Shown: positions 13,885 through 29,907 of the stretch, in pieces
Position numbering within the stretch: the first letter of the stretch is position 1
Layout of the letters: the number at the start of each line of letters is the position of its first letter
DNA from: Octopus vulgaris
Taxonomy: Eukaryota
Length of the DNA stretch: 64,000 bases
Assembly (NCBI GenBank): GCA_951406725.2
Contig: OX597819.1
Location: 118,420,001 to 118,484,000, forward strand
Direction: 5' to 3'
The notes under the pieces: generated by a model
Databases searched by the model: none
The model's input: only the letters and a program-made list of their open reading frames with translations
Told to the model about the DNA's origin: nothing
Made by a program: the position numbers and the translations under genes

Positions 13885-14023
13885 CACGACGGGCTTCTTT
13901 CAGTTTCCGTCTACCAAATCCACTCACATGGCTTTGGTCGGCCCGAGGCTATAGTAGAAGACACTGAACCCGGAACCATGTGGTTGGTAAAGTAGCTACT
14001 TACCACACAACCACTCCTGCGCC
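13588..14023 (-). mobile_element. SINE family B with a small internal deletion
   Basis: Homologous to 51897-52316. Internal (CA)n(TA)n. Confidence 0.9.
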
Positions 14024-14605
14024 TGAATTAGTGTATGTGGATAATTTGTGAAGAAGTGAACAAGGACAGAAAATATTATGACGTAGGAGAATCATATTAA
14101 CTATTTAACAAAGCACAAAAATTCCTACTTTAACAAGCGCTTATTTTTGTATATTATTATCTCATATGAAGTACTATAAAGATACGTTGCGCTCTCCACC
14201 GTGTTCATATAAACATTACGAACAAAACTTGACCGGTTCCCACAAGCCTTAAATTTGCGCCAAATGTATTGAACGGATTAATGACGCTGAGAAAAGTTCT
14301 CTGGCAAACAGTATACAGAATAAATAGCAGCACGAACATTGCCTGAAATTTCTTCTATTTAATCTTATTTCATTTTTCCGCTAAACAATAGAAATCATAC
14401 GCTATTTAATTAAAATGGCATTAAACTAATCTATTTATCTATTAAAATCATTAAAAGGTCCATTTAACAATTTACTTCCAGAAACCTATGTTAAAATTAC
14501 ATAGACTTTTCGCCATTTAACTCAAATATGTACACCCATGTATGTATGTGCGCTTTTGCGACTGTGCGTGTACTTATATGTGTGTGTATATGAGTGTGTG
14601 TATAC

Positions 14606-14677
<72 letters not shown>

Positions 14678-14992
14678 ATATATATATATGTACATGTGTA
14701 TCCAAGTACATATGAATTACATATATTTATATATCTACATGAGGTCCGTCAGATACCTTTGAGTAACCACCTAGCAACATGTGGTCGGAAAATATATATA
14801 ATATTTCCATTCTACAAATTACACAGCCCAAGTGAAATCGAGAGGAAAATCAGAGAAAAGAATTTTATTGATAATCTTATAATATATTATCTTATAATAT
14901 ATCATTATAAGATTGTAAATAAAACGTGAAAATCAGACAAGGTTGGAATTCTTTTTATTAATATATTCTTCTATACACAATCACACACACCC

Positions 14993-15027
<35 letters not shown>

Positions 15028-15039
15028 ACTACATGTATG

Positions 15040-15093
<54 letters not shown>

Positions 15094-15586
15094 TATATAC
15101 ACATATATATATATGGGAGTGTATGAGTGTATATGTGTGTTTCTCTGTATGTGTGTTTGAGTGTGTGAACCTGTGTCTGTGTGTAGTAATAGTGTGTACA
15201 AATAAATATTTGCTTAGATCTCCACTTAGATCATCATGATCTAATCTGTATCCATTTATAGTTGCTAAATAATTTAAATGGTGAGTAGTATTACTAGTTA
15301 TTGGCTACTGAACACTTGTAGTGCGTTTCACAATGATGGTCATTTGAAGCACAGTAGTAGGTGTTCTAAGTGGATTACTCAAGAATAACGGATTATCAGC
15401 GAAAAATTTATTGCATTAATTTACAGATAACTATGCAAGTATGCATGAATGTATGCATATCATTATTCAGTTTATTTCAAGATTTCTTGCCAATAGAGAA
15501 AGTACCACTTTTTAACCTAGATCCATGGCGACTTCATTGGAATTTCAACAACAACAACAGCGTATTTTTGTTAGTATATATGGGGA

Positions 15587-15851
15587 TGGAAGCACTCCGT
15601 CGGTTACGACGACGAGGGTTCCGGTTGATCCGAATCAACGGAGCAGCCTGCTCGTGAAATTAACGTGTAAGTGGCTGAGCACTTCACATACACGTGTACC
15701 CTTAACGTAGTTCTCGGGGATATTCAGCGTGACAGAGAGTGGCAAGGCCGGCCCTTTGAAATACCGGTACAACAGAAACAGGAAGTAAGAGTGAGAGAAA
15801 GTTGTGGTGAAAAAGTACAGCAGGGATCACCATCATCCCCTGCCGGAGCCT
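15587..15851 (-). mobile_element. SINE family A, 5'-truncated
   Basis: Reverse complement of the 3' two-thirds of 55939-56319. Confidence 0.9.
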
Positions 15852-15857
15852 CCACAG

Positions 15858-15931
<74 letters not shown>

Positions 15932-16037
15932 TGTATGTGTGATAATGAGCAGATTTGCATGTTTTGTTTTATGTCATGCTTACAGTTGCATATCTAGACA
16001 TGATCATATATATGATTATGTGTGTGTGTATATATAA

Positions 16038-16122
<85 letters not shown>

Positions 16123-16174
16123 TACACACACATATACACATATATTCACACACATATACCTATGTAGTATGTTT

Positions 16175-16690
16175 AGAGAAACTGCAGAATTCTCAATATT
16201 TCAGCGTAAGTTCTCTTTTTTTCACTGATTTTCAGCATTATGTTAACATCTGCTGGGAAGCTAATTTCCACAACTGTGCACAGTCTCTCTTCTCTATCCT
16301 AAATCATAATATCAGGTCTGTTGTGTTTACATTTTATTGAGGTCATTACTGGTAGATTCCACCAGTATTCCTTTTTATTATTCCTTTTTATTATTATCAT
16401 TTTATGTATATGTTTTCTACACTACTGTGGTTTCTTATTTCTCTGTCCCCGGGTATAACCTTACGACGGATTTCATTATAGAGTGTGTCCTAGGTACAAC
16501 GTCATAACTTATGGCTAGATAATACAGTTATGCCGTTTTCGGAGAACTGCTTATGATGTGGGTGATATATTCAGTGTGATCTCCACAAAGTCTGCATAGG
16601 TTGTCACATTTTAAGGCTTTTCCCGCATCACTATTCGTTAGGGCATCAGGTTGTTCGTTCATATTTCCTGTTCTTGGATTGCAAAAGTAT
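16175..16690 (-). mobile_element. R4/Dong-type fragment (CCHC plus RLE)
   Basis: FAIQEQEI, CRLCGDHTEYITHIISS, HNRPDIMI*DREERLCTVVEISFPAD. Confidence 0.8.
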
Positions 16691-18600
16691 ACCACATCCA
16701 CTTTTGAGCAGTTCATTAATTGCTTCAGCACTTAGTCATAGTGTCACAGAATCTGTGTAAGACAGCTCATTCCCGGGTGAAAGATATGTTGGGTATCAGA
16801 GAGCAGGTCATTATCCTCAAGTAACTGAATCAGTCTTCTCCTGACAATGCGCTCCATGACGTTACTGACGTGGGAGGTTAGGGAGAGAGGTCTATAATTC
16901 CTAGCCTCTGCCCTGCTTCCTCCCTTAAGGATAGGTCATATTATTCCTTCTTTAAGACTTTTGGGGAGTTTCCCCATCCTGAGAAACTCATGGAAAAGGA
17001 TTTGAAGCGGTCTATCTCGAACTCTTTTACATTTCTTTAGAATTGTAGAGAATCCATCAGGGCCCGTTGCCGAGTTCGAGCTCAGCTCTTCAATGGCTGA
17101 TATCACATCAGTTTCCTCTATGTTGATGTTATCAATAGTTGCCATTTCACAATGCGTGTTTTCGTGATCAAAGAACCTATCCGGCACATTCACTCGTAGC
17201 TTCCCCAGCGGTATGTTGAAAGCACTCTTGTATTGTGCATTCAGTAATTCAATGATTCTCTGGGGGTCAACAGTTGGTGAGTCGTTTTCATCTAGTAGCG
17301 GTCCTATTTTGTAGCGCACTGTAGCAGATTCTTTCGCATATCTATAGAAGGCCTTAGGGTCCGCTTTAATGTTTTTGATAGCCCTGGCTTCCTTTTCTAC
17401 ACTATCCTTGTCATGGAAAAGTTTGAGTGCGTTTTTAATCTCAAGCGAGGTGTATTCGAGGTAGATTCCTCTGAAATCTTTTAGATATTCATTTAGATGT
17501 TTTGAGATTTTTGCTCTTTGTCTCATTAGTATCCTCCTATCCCTGGGTACTATATTTTTCTTCGCCCGTTGATTTGGTGTTCTCTTTGGGGAAATGTTAC
17601 TATCAGATATCATACATGGTTGCCATGAAGTTCTGTAGTTTCATGTTGATGTTTTCCCCTGAGAGGATGGTGGACCAGTTACATTTCAGGACCCCTTTCT
17701 CAATGGCCTTCCAGTCAGCTTTGTGGAAATTGAGGCTAGGGATGAGCTGAGCGTTTCTAATATTTCGTATGTCCGTGGTCTTTCGTGGTCCACACATCAC
17801 TAACTCTATTAAATTATGGTCAGAAAATAAGCGTCGGTGTCACTTTCACGTCATGCATGAGTACCGAGCTCTTTGTAAAACATATGTCCACGATATTCTT
17901 ACCCCTTGTAGGGTGATGCACCAATTGCTCGATAAAGAGTGCGTCAGTGAAGTCAAGCAAACATTCTGCATGCTTCTGATTTTGAAGTGACATACTTGAA
18001 AGGGGACAACGCTCCGGCCATTTTACATGAGGGAGATTGAAATCCCCTAAGAGAGGTATGTGCAGCTCATTGTTGAGATTCGTCAGAACATCTCTCATTT
18101 TTTGGAGGCACTCTTCAAATGAGTTCTCATGATCTGGCGCATCTGGTGGGCGATATGTGGTATATATTACCATCTTCACCTGTTTAATGCATATTACCAG
18201 AGTATTACATACAATGTTGGAGTGCGACAAGAAGACAATGGGTGTGACATCATCACGGATGTACATTGCCACTCCTCCATGGGACCTTTCTCATCTTCCA
18301 TTTGTAGCACGACATATCTTGGTATGTGTACCTCGGCGTGCGATACATCCACATTTAGGTGTGTTTCTGTTAGTGACACGCATATTGCCATATTACATGT
18401 CACAAGGTCTCTTAGGCATTGCGTATTTTGTCTTATGGTGGTCTGTTGTGCTTGGCCTTCGGGTGATTAGAATGCGGGGGCTGCGTACTTGGGGCTTGGG
18501 ATGAGCATATTTGCAGCCCATCCCCATATCTCCATGCCAGCAAGTACTTGATTTGTAGAACTTGCATATTAGTTTGTTTTTCATTTTAGAGACTTTACCC
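16690..18600 (-). mobile_element. Decayed CR1-group LINE: CCCH finger, APE endonuclease and RT N-terminal part
   Basis: CKFYKSSTCWHGDMGMGCKYAHP; SLTETHL, YRPPD, LLGDFNLP, PTRGKNIVD, SDH (APE); SATGPDG, NYRPLSLTS, VDVVY (RT). Frameshifted. Confidence 0.9.
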
Positions 18601-18625
18601 CCGTATATATATATATATATATATA

Positions 18626-18861
18626 TAAAATAATATGTGACAATTATTCAATAGCCACAACATCATCTCTTCGGTTATCTGGCGTTTTCAAGATGGCCAG
18701 ATAACCGAAGAGATGGTGTTGTGGATTTCCACCTCGGCATCCGAAACTCAGAGTTTTATCTTGACTATTGAATAATTGTCACATATTATTTTACAGATAA
18801 ATTTCCTCTATTTACATAATATTGAGGTCTCTTTCTTTCTTTTGTTATCTTAACGTTTTTA

Positions 18862-18865
<4 letters not shown>
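18626..18865 (+). mobile_element. Short pLTR-like element between (TA)n arrays, with nested inverted repeats and a hammerhead-like core
   Basis: Outer IR 18626-18654/18765-18793 and inner IR 18655-18683/18696-18724. Core: agataa CCGAAGA gatg..catc c GAAA ctcagag TT ttatct. Confidence 0.6.
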
Positions 18866-18934
<69 letters not shown>

Positions 18935-18962
18935 TCAATCCATATATATATATATATATTCA

Positions 18963-19000
<38 letters not shown>

Positions 19001-19038
19001 ATGTGTGTGTGAGTGTGTATGTGTGTGTGCGTGTGTGT

Positions 19039-19283
19039 GGAGGCGCGTGGCTCAGTTGTTAGGGTGACAGAATCATGATCGTAAGATTGTGGCTTTGATT
19101 CCTGGACCGGACAACGAGTTGTGTTCTTGAGCAAAACACCTCATTTCACGTTGCTCCAGTCCCCTTAGCTGGCAAAAATGAGTAATCCTGCGATGAACTG
19201 GCGTCCCGTCCAGCTGCAGGACACATACGCCATAGAAGCCGGGAAAGCGGGCCAATGAACTTGGCTAGGTTTTAAAAGGGTGC
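19039..19283 (+). mobile_element. tRNA-derived SINE with a V-domain-like core (cctgcgatgaactggcgtcccgtccag)
   Basis: tRNA-like head ggaggcgcgtggctcagttgttagg..ttgattcc. The tail is related to that of 57796-58079. Confidence 0.75.
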
Positions 19284-19312
19284 TTTTATTATTTTTATTA
19301 TTATTATTATTA

Positions 19313-21595
<2,283 letters not shown>

Positions 21596-21607
21596 GTGTG
21601 TGTGTGT

Positions 21608-21663
<56 letters not shown>

Positions 21664-22202
21664 ATAAGATCGCTATTTAAAATACCAATCTTATCAGGTG
21701 TCCAGCACAGGAATAAAAACCTCAAAGTTAATAATTATCATTAAAATAATTAAGGATATCTAAGTCATACCTCAATGCTAGATATAGCAGTAAAAATTTG
21801 ACTCTAAAACCACATTAAATGTGGTTTTAGAGATTTTTCGTGGATGTGCCTGCTTGTTTATGTTTCTTTATGCGTGTATATAGTTCTCTTGCTGTGCTTC
21901 CTGTGTAGGATGCGCCACTTTTGCCACAGATGATCTCGTATACAACGTAGGTCCTCTGACATATTTAAGGCTCACTGACGGGGCAGTTCGATAATGTGCA
22001 CTCCGAGGAGTCCTTCCTTGCGGACTGCGTGCTATATCACTGCAGTTGTCCTGTCGTCAAAATGTGTTAGCTTTCGGAAGATTAAATGCGTGGGAATTCT
22101 ACATTGATTCATATATTTGCCTTGTGATTTGCTTTGCTTTTACACATCGCATTGTTCTGGCCTTACCAAAGATACTTTATAATATATATATATATATATA
22201 CA

Positions 22203-22323
22203 CTAGCAGTATAACCCGGTTTTGCTCGGGATTGAGTTGGTATTATTAAGCCAATCAATTTCTTTATTTCAAACGAATCTAATTAACATCGACGTCAATT
22301 TTGGGCAAAATCCGTTGAAATTT

Positions 22324-22375
<52 letters not shown>

Positions 22376-22791
22376 GCATCACACACATATATATACACAT
22401 GTACGTACGTACAACTATTGCATTCATCTTTTTTGTACGCATAAATGTTCGTGTGTGTGTGTGTGTGTTGCCTGTATATCAACAAAACACTTTCTTTCCC
22501 GATGGAAAAAAACTATTAAAGTCTTAGCAAAAACTTATTCATTGCTACTGGGGGACTTAACTCCTGTTTGCAAACAATGGAGATTTCTCCGACTTGAAAA
22601 TTGTTAAAAGGTTTGGTTGAAAATTTATTTTTGCTGCTATTCACTGGTGCATCTAATAAAAATAAGTTGACGAAAATACAGCTAGGATTATGACGAATGT
22701 CCTCCTAAAATTGGAGCGACATGCGTGCTAATTTGTGGAAGTGCATAAATTATATTCACATACACACACACCCTGCCTTTTATATATACAG
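22203..22791 (-). mobile_element. Non-autonomous Helitron (same family as 11717-12243)
   Basis: Hairpin cccgagcaaaaccggg followed by CTAG at the 3' end. Colinear with the 11.7 kb copy, with an expanded internal (TA)n. Confidence 0.75.
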
Positions 22792-22849
22792 CTATACACG
22801 CTCACACACACACATACGCACACATACACACACACATACACACACACAT

Positions 22850-22892
<43 letters not shown>

Positions 22893-23744
22893 ATCATCTC
22901 TGTTTAAACATATATACTTATTTGCCAGTACATTTTAATTCAATTTATTTGGATTGTTAACTACACTGAATGTACACCAAATATTGCAAGTCTGTGTCCT
23001 GGGCGGGGTAAACTTTCTGCTTTGTCCAAAGGACACTCTTATAGACTGCATATAATACACTGCTAGTGGAAAATATACCGATTAATATTTCCAATTGCAT
23101 TATTCCTTTAAAATTTTTGGAGAAAGTAGAGAATGGATTAAAACTGAATAATTGAACTGAATTATATAGCAATGGATATGTTCGATAAATTGTTGTAAAA
23201 GTCGAGTATTGGTTACGATGTTATTAACTAAACTCCTCTACGTCAAAATGTTTGCCATTTTGCCAAATATCTAAGCAGCAGTTTTACATGTGAAGTATCG
23301 ATAAAACCTCGGAGGAAACTGTGTTGCGGTATGTCTTCCGGCACATTATAGCTTAGGTTCAAATCCAAATTCTGTAATAGAGACACATGTAAAACCTTCG
23401 TTGAACGGCGAAGTGAGGGAAATTGTTCTATGCATGGGGGCTGATGGCTGCAGCAAAAATTCATAGAGCATGCATATAGGTATTTCTGTATCTGGTTAAG
23501 CCCTCATCAGCTTATTCAAGTTGCAATCTAAGAAGGATTTGAGAGTAGATAGAATATTAGTATTTTTGCTGCTTCGTGGATAAGAGTGGGAAGAGTGTTG
23601 CATCTGAATGAGCTTATTAGGTGTTACGACATTTGTGCTCTTTATATCCTGTTGGTATAAACTCCGCTGTATCTTATCTGTTATGTTATTCATAGTATTA
23701 GGCCATTGTGGACAACCAAAAACATTATATCCATCATCACAATT

Positions 23745-23960
23745 CTTCTTCTTCTTCTTCTTCTTCTTCTTCTTCTTCTTCTTCTTCTTCTTCTTCTTCT
23801 TCTTCTTCTTCTTCTTCTTCTTCTTCTTCTTCTTTTTCTTCTTTTTCTTCTTTGTCTTCTTCTTCTTCTTCTTCTGATTATTATTATTATTATTATTATT
23901 ATTATAATTATTATTATTATTAACATCATCGTCGTCGTCGTCGTCATCATCATCATCGTC
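23745..23960. repeat. Compound microsatellite (TTC)n(TTA)n(TCG/TCA)n
   Basis: Direct reading. Confidence 0.95.
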
Positions 23961-24290
23961 ATTATTCCTTCGTAACACACTGTAGGTAAAGATGCACCAT
24001 AGTTTTTAGTCGACTGACAACAATGACCTCGGACTAATAATACTTTCCTTAAGATGTGCGCTGTGACCAATAAGGCTGCTTTTTGCAAGACATCAATCTT
24101 GCATTGGATTTCCAGTTGTCTTACGAAGTTTTGAAGATTCAACGGGATTCAGCCCAGTGCTCCGATCACCACTGGTATCACTTTTATATTACGCTCTCTC
24201 ATTCCATACAGTCTTGCCATTTCCACTTTCAATTCAGAGTACTTTTTGATACGTTTTATACACGAACTTATGTTTGTTCATTATAAAACA
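23961..24290 (-). mobile_element. R4/Dong-type 3' fragment
   Basis: ELKVEMARL..KVIPVVIGALG*IPLNLQNF..LQKAALLVTAHILRKVL, followed on the minus strand by an (ATG/ACG)(AAT)(AAG) microsatellite. Confidence 0.8.
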
Positions 24291-24551
24291 ATGATAAATG
24301 AGTTGCGTGTATTGTTTTTTATATCAATACAGCGATTGCAATTACATTATAAAAAAAAAAGCCTTTGGCCGGCACTGTTAGAAAGCAAGTTTCTCAACCA
24401 CACAGCCACGTCTATATATGAGTGATACATTTTCGATAATATTCACCATGATATAAAAATGCTTAACAAAAAGATGGGACGTTTACGGCGAGAAGACCTT
24501 TGATTTTAATATTTACTTGAGCAATGCAACAACAAACAGCGCTACACCATA

Positions 24552-24969
24552 CAGAGTGTTTCAGAATTAATATCTGTTCATTGAAATTGAGCAATTAAAA
24601 AAAATGACAGACTTTTTTGTTAATCACCAAAACAAATGGATTTATAAATCTTACGTCAAACTTTAATTAAAAAGTTTTAAAATGTCTGTATACCTGCGTA
24701 CTTCAAATCTCTCCTTAGTGTTCTTTAAGGTAAGCTAAATGATTAGTCCATTTTGGGGATGGCGGTAAAAAACAAATGTTTGCTGCCAAATTAACAAAAT
24801 GTTGCCGTGGACAAATAATAGGGGTCCAACATGAATGAAAATAAAATAATAAACAAAATTCAAAATTTATATACATTTTAACACATGTTAACAGGATAAC
24901 CGGAAATAGATATGAGCTTAAAAAAACATCCGATTTCACTCAAATCATCATTAATTGTGGGACACCCTG
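24552..24969. mobile_element. Tc1/mariner-type MITE
   Basis: Imperfect TIRs cagagtgtttcagaattaat and attaattgtgggacaccctg, each flanked by TA. Confidence 0.65.
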
Positions 24970-25414
24970 TATTTACTCGTCCGACTGAACAGGGGTGGGA
25001 AAATAGGGAGGGGGACTAATTGCAGGTGGCGAGCGTAGCTTCCTGACGTGATCACCCGATCAAACTCAAATGCCTGTGAATCACAACAACAGTGATTTTT
25101 TTTTGTATGAACATTTTGCTTTATATAGTATGGAAAACATAGAAAGTAGACATGCTGCCAGTCCACGCTGCGTTGCGCAAGATTGACAACTTGAAACATC
25201 ATGAGGGCCCTTCTGGAGATGGATGAATGTGTTTGTTGTGCTTTTACCCAGCCGCATACATATGTACAAGGCCCGGTGGTGCTGGTGCGTGGGATGGTAA
25301 GATGAACGATCAACAGGGCGCTGACATAAATCTTAATGTTCTTCTCATTTCCTCTGCGAAACTGGACAAAAAGGTTTTCATCAAATGTTATGTACTACAT
25401 ATAATGCCTTAGAA

Positions 25415-25785
25415 TTGTCAATATTTTATCGTCGGAAAATGGCCTCAAACAGAGGGAAAACCCATTCAATATACTCAAATCTGATCAATCTGCATTTTCG
25501 GCGGGGTCCATATTCGGCCTGATAAATTTTGTTGCAAATTTGGAGGAAATCAACTCGATACTTTTCCCTTTACGGGCCTTAACGCTGCGGAAGTGCTTTA
25601 AAAATTCGGTTTATCTACCTGTGAGCTTGCATTCGGCAAGAGTTTGGAACTTTGTTTCGCCCTTGACACTCCATGGACTCTAAGTATTGCATGTGCAAAA
25701 TTTCATTAAAATCGGTTGGGTGTACCTTGAGGTTTAACATGGCAAACACACAGACAGACACACATCCTGTGTCTTATATATATAT
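25415..25785 (-). mobile_element. Partial Helitron-like element
   Basis: aaatttcattaaaatcggtt and cacacagacagacacacatcctg..ttatatata resemble the 5' region of the other Helitron copies. No CTAG end was found. Confidence 0.45.
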
Positions 25786-26699
25786 ATATATAGGGATAAC
25801 AACACCAAAGTAGATATACAAACATGTAATACGTAGAACCTAGAGGATGGGAACAAAGTTATTAATAACTTTCGTAAATGTCGTTTCGAAATAATATCCA
25901 GATATTGAACGCTTTGCGGAAAGAATTAAAACCCTGTAGCTTTTCATTCACAAAGCATGTCAAGCCTTTCGCAATCAACCAGAGAATTGCCTGAAAGAAG
26001 AATGTTTCCTGTGGATTTCTAAGTCCATGGGTACGTTCTTCGTTGCCTAGACGGACAATTTACCAGCAGACCTGGAAGGTTTTTGAAGTGAAATTCACTT
26101 ATAATGAGAAAGAGGATTCATGACACTATGTGGTTCATAGAGAATACAATGTATGGGAATTAGACTCATCCTTAAATTGCCGAAAACCACCATGCTATTT
26201 ATCACTCCGAACTTTTGAAGGAATATATCTAAGGATTACAGTGAAGATATTTGTCTGGCCGTCGACCTTGGCTATTCATTCATAACGTAAGAGAAGAAAG
26301 GATAGATGAGAATACGGATAGGTAGTCAATCTGACCACATGAATTTCAGTATTATGTTGTAAGAATGGATTGCCATGTTTATAGAAATCACTTGAGTCCA
26401 CAAAATAAATCTACCAAATGTACGTTTTCTTGAAGAGTGTGTTGAGTGAAAAGCCTTAAAACTCCCCGTGTAATACAAACAACCCTGCTGCTACACTTGA
26501 TCCAGCAGTCGTCATCAACGAGTGTTCTTCGTGGAAATCTTGAAACAACAAGCAGCAAAATCAACAAATGTTCATAGATAGTATCCATCTTAAGGCGTCC
26601 CCAAGCTGAACATTTTAGTCGCGATTAAACAAACTAAAAGTTTATACTTAACTGTAAATAAAGAAGTGCATCAGGATTTAAACCGATTACGTAGATTCA

Positions 26700-27130
26700 C
26701 ATTAGTAGAAAGGGGTTTCGAACATGTGTTAGAGATTTGTGATAGGGGATAATAATAGCAGGATTTTGTGCGATCCATCAGAAAAAAAAAACTATGAATA
26801 CTACTGAAACGAGAAGGTCATGTATAAGTCTGGAGATTAAAATACATAATGTAAGATCATCAATTTTGCAGTATGATTTTGAAGTGGAATCGAAAAAAAA
26901 AAAACAAAAAAACAAATAAGAAATTGAGAAATAGAAGGACCTAGCCTCAGTGATTTTGTGAAACTCAAATATGACAATTATACTTGTGTTAATTGGAGCA
27001 CTTGAAACAACATCCAAACCGCTTAGTAAGTTACTGAAAACCATTTGAATTCTGTCATACATTGCAAACCCCAGGAAAAGCGCAAAAAAAGGTTCGTAAG
27101 ACATATACTTGAAAGCTGAGATGTGTCACC
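26700..27130 (+). mobile_element. Ancient R4/Dong-type 3' remnant
   Basis: CKIINFAV ... IEK*KDLASVIL*NSNMTIILVLIGALETT, followed by a decayed (GAT)n tract at 27190-27385. Confidence 0.55.
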
Positions 27131-29498
27131 AAACCTCACGACAACGTTCCTGTAAACTGCTGTATCATGCAGCAGTTTTAACAGCGTTTAAGATGACGAC
27201 GGTGGTGATGAAAATGCAAATGATGAGATATGCAGTGATGATGGCGACGGCCTCGATCATGAAGATGATGCGCTGACGATAATTACGTTATTCAGACTGA
27301 TGATGATGCCGATGACGATATTGGCAATAGGACTCATGATGAATATGACGATGGAGGTCCTAAGGATAATAGAGGTTATGATGATACACATAATAAAAAA
27401 AGCGTGAGGTATAAAGTATTCTGCTGAATTCGTCATAATGCTGAATGTAATTTCGAAATAGAAAGTTATAACACAATTCTGTTGTAATAAAATTTTCTAC
27501 AGTCTATCTGCCGTTGGAAATTACATGGAAATACAACGAAAAAAGACAGCAAAAACTGGAAAACGAAAAGGAGGACGAGAACATATAATGAAATAAAAAT
27601 AAAATGGCAAAGTGGAAGAAGCGAAAAGCAAAACAGATTTTATAAACCTTGTGGTCATTGCTGTTACTTATTCTGGTATTGATAAAGTTTTGTTATATAA
27701 CAACGTGGTAGTTTCGCTTCAATTGTTTGGTGGTGATTATTGCACTTGAACTTATGGAAGGTTAAAGAGTCTCAGCACATAGCAATTTTTAAGATGGCCA
27801 AATATGAAAAGTTTGTGAGAGAAACGTAGAAAAGGAAACAATGTAAAATATCGCAAAAATCATTCTAATAGATAACATAGTAAACGTGTGATATTATAAA
27901 ATAAATATAAAATTTTATCGAACAGTTCAGACTTACAGAAGCACATGCATACAAACACATGTGTAGTAATATTTCGAGTGACATAGTTGTATGCATTTAT
28001 ATGCATGCATATAAATATATATATATGTGTGTGTGTGTTTGTATCTGTGTGTATGCGTGTGTGTTTGCGTCTGTGTGCTCATACATCCAGTGGCATATAT
28101 GAATAAAATATTTTATATTATTTTAGTTTTATTGATTTGTATCTTGTTCTTAAGTGTTTTTGCATACATACATGTATATATATATAAAACTATACGTACA
28201 CACACGCAAATATATACTCATAACAACCTATATATATATATATATATAACTATACATGCACACATACAAATATATATTCACACACACCTATATATATATA
28301 TATATATAATACAATGTAAACGGATGTATTCAGACACATGCGTATGCATACAATCATACGTCGAAACTCATATACATACAAGCATATGTGCATATATTTC
28401 TATGTCTACACACGCACATGTATTTATATGTGTATGTATGTATGAATTTATTAGTGTGTCTACTTAATTGGATTCAGGAATCGTTGTACTGGGGCGCATA
28501 CAGATATATAATAACAGCGTAAGCATACATGTGCGTACAGAAAAACAATTAGATTGCAACGAATGAATGGCATTTGTTATTTAGTAAATATTTTTAAAAT
28601 TATTTAGAAATATAATTGTTTCCTTTTTGCTGCAAGAAAATTATACTTAATTAATTTCATTTCCTCTTTCGTCCGTATCGACTAAATTTTAACAAATTTG
28701 GAAATAACATTAGCTCTCTTGCGGTCAAAGTTGACCATCATTCTAAAGACGACAGAATATTGCATAGTCGATTTCTGGTGAATGGCTTGTATAATGAAAC
28801 TTCATTATATAAATTACTATTGCCTGACAGAATTTCAATTAGATTAACTCGCAGATATATACGCACATACACACACGTAAACATAAAGACACACACACAT
28901 ACACGCAAATATATATACACATACACGTACACACACATACACAAATAGTTCTCTCTCGCTCTCTCTGTTTCTCTATTTCTGTCTCTCCTTCACTATATTT
29001 CTATGTGTGTGATGGGTGAGTGGGATGCATGCGTGCGAGTGTCCCTGTATGTATAAGTGTATTTAGAACAAATACAATCATACACAGATAAAAATATAGA
29101 TATTACACAAACACGCACACGCATATATACATAGAAGTTACATATCTATATATATATACATTCAGATGAATATATACACATGAATGTATTTATGTATATG
29201 TATATAGGCAAATTCATATACGTCTATTAATGAATGCATTTCTATCCATAGACACACGAACGCGCAAATACACACATCCATAATAATTGGGTATGAGTTA
29301 TACCGTGACAATGAACAAAATAAAGTTTTGTGTGCATAAGTACGTATATAACTATAAATGTATGTATGTAAACATGTATGCATCTGTGTATGTATTTGTG
29401 GAAGCCTGTATATATCTATCTCTTCGCCCACCATTTTATCAATTTTCGTAAATATATATAAATATATATGTATGTATAGGTGTGTTTGTGTATGTGTG

Positions 29499-29572
<74 letters not shown>

Positions 29573-29762
29573 AGTATATATGTTTGTATGTAATATATAC
29601 ACACTCAAAGACTGTATGGGTGTATGAATGTATTTTTGTGAGTGGCCCGTGTATATACGTGCACAAACTTTTGTGTTTGTGCGTTATTGAGGATGTATAG
29701 TAGATTAATATTGTGTAGTTTAATGGAGAGTTTGCATGTCTCAGTGCACACTTCTGTATATA

Positions 29763-29813
<51 letters not shown>

Positions 29814-29851
29814 CATACATACATACGTGCATTCATACATACATACATACA

Positions 29852-29907
<56 letters not shown>

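Noticed and set aside
13753-16228. Numerous YIYIYI, THTH and CVCV ORFs here and throughout the window
   Set aside because: Translations of (TA)n, (CA)n and (TG)n arrays.
23496-23978. Poly-K, poly-R, poly-F and poly-S ORFs
   Set aside because: Compound microsatellite.
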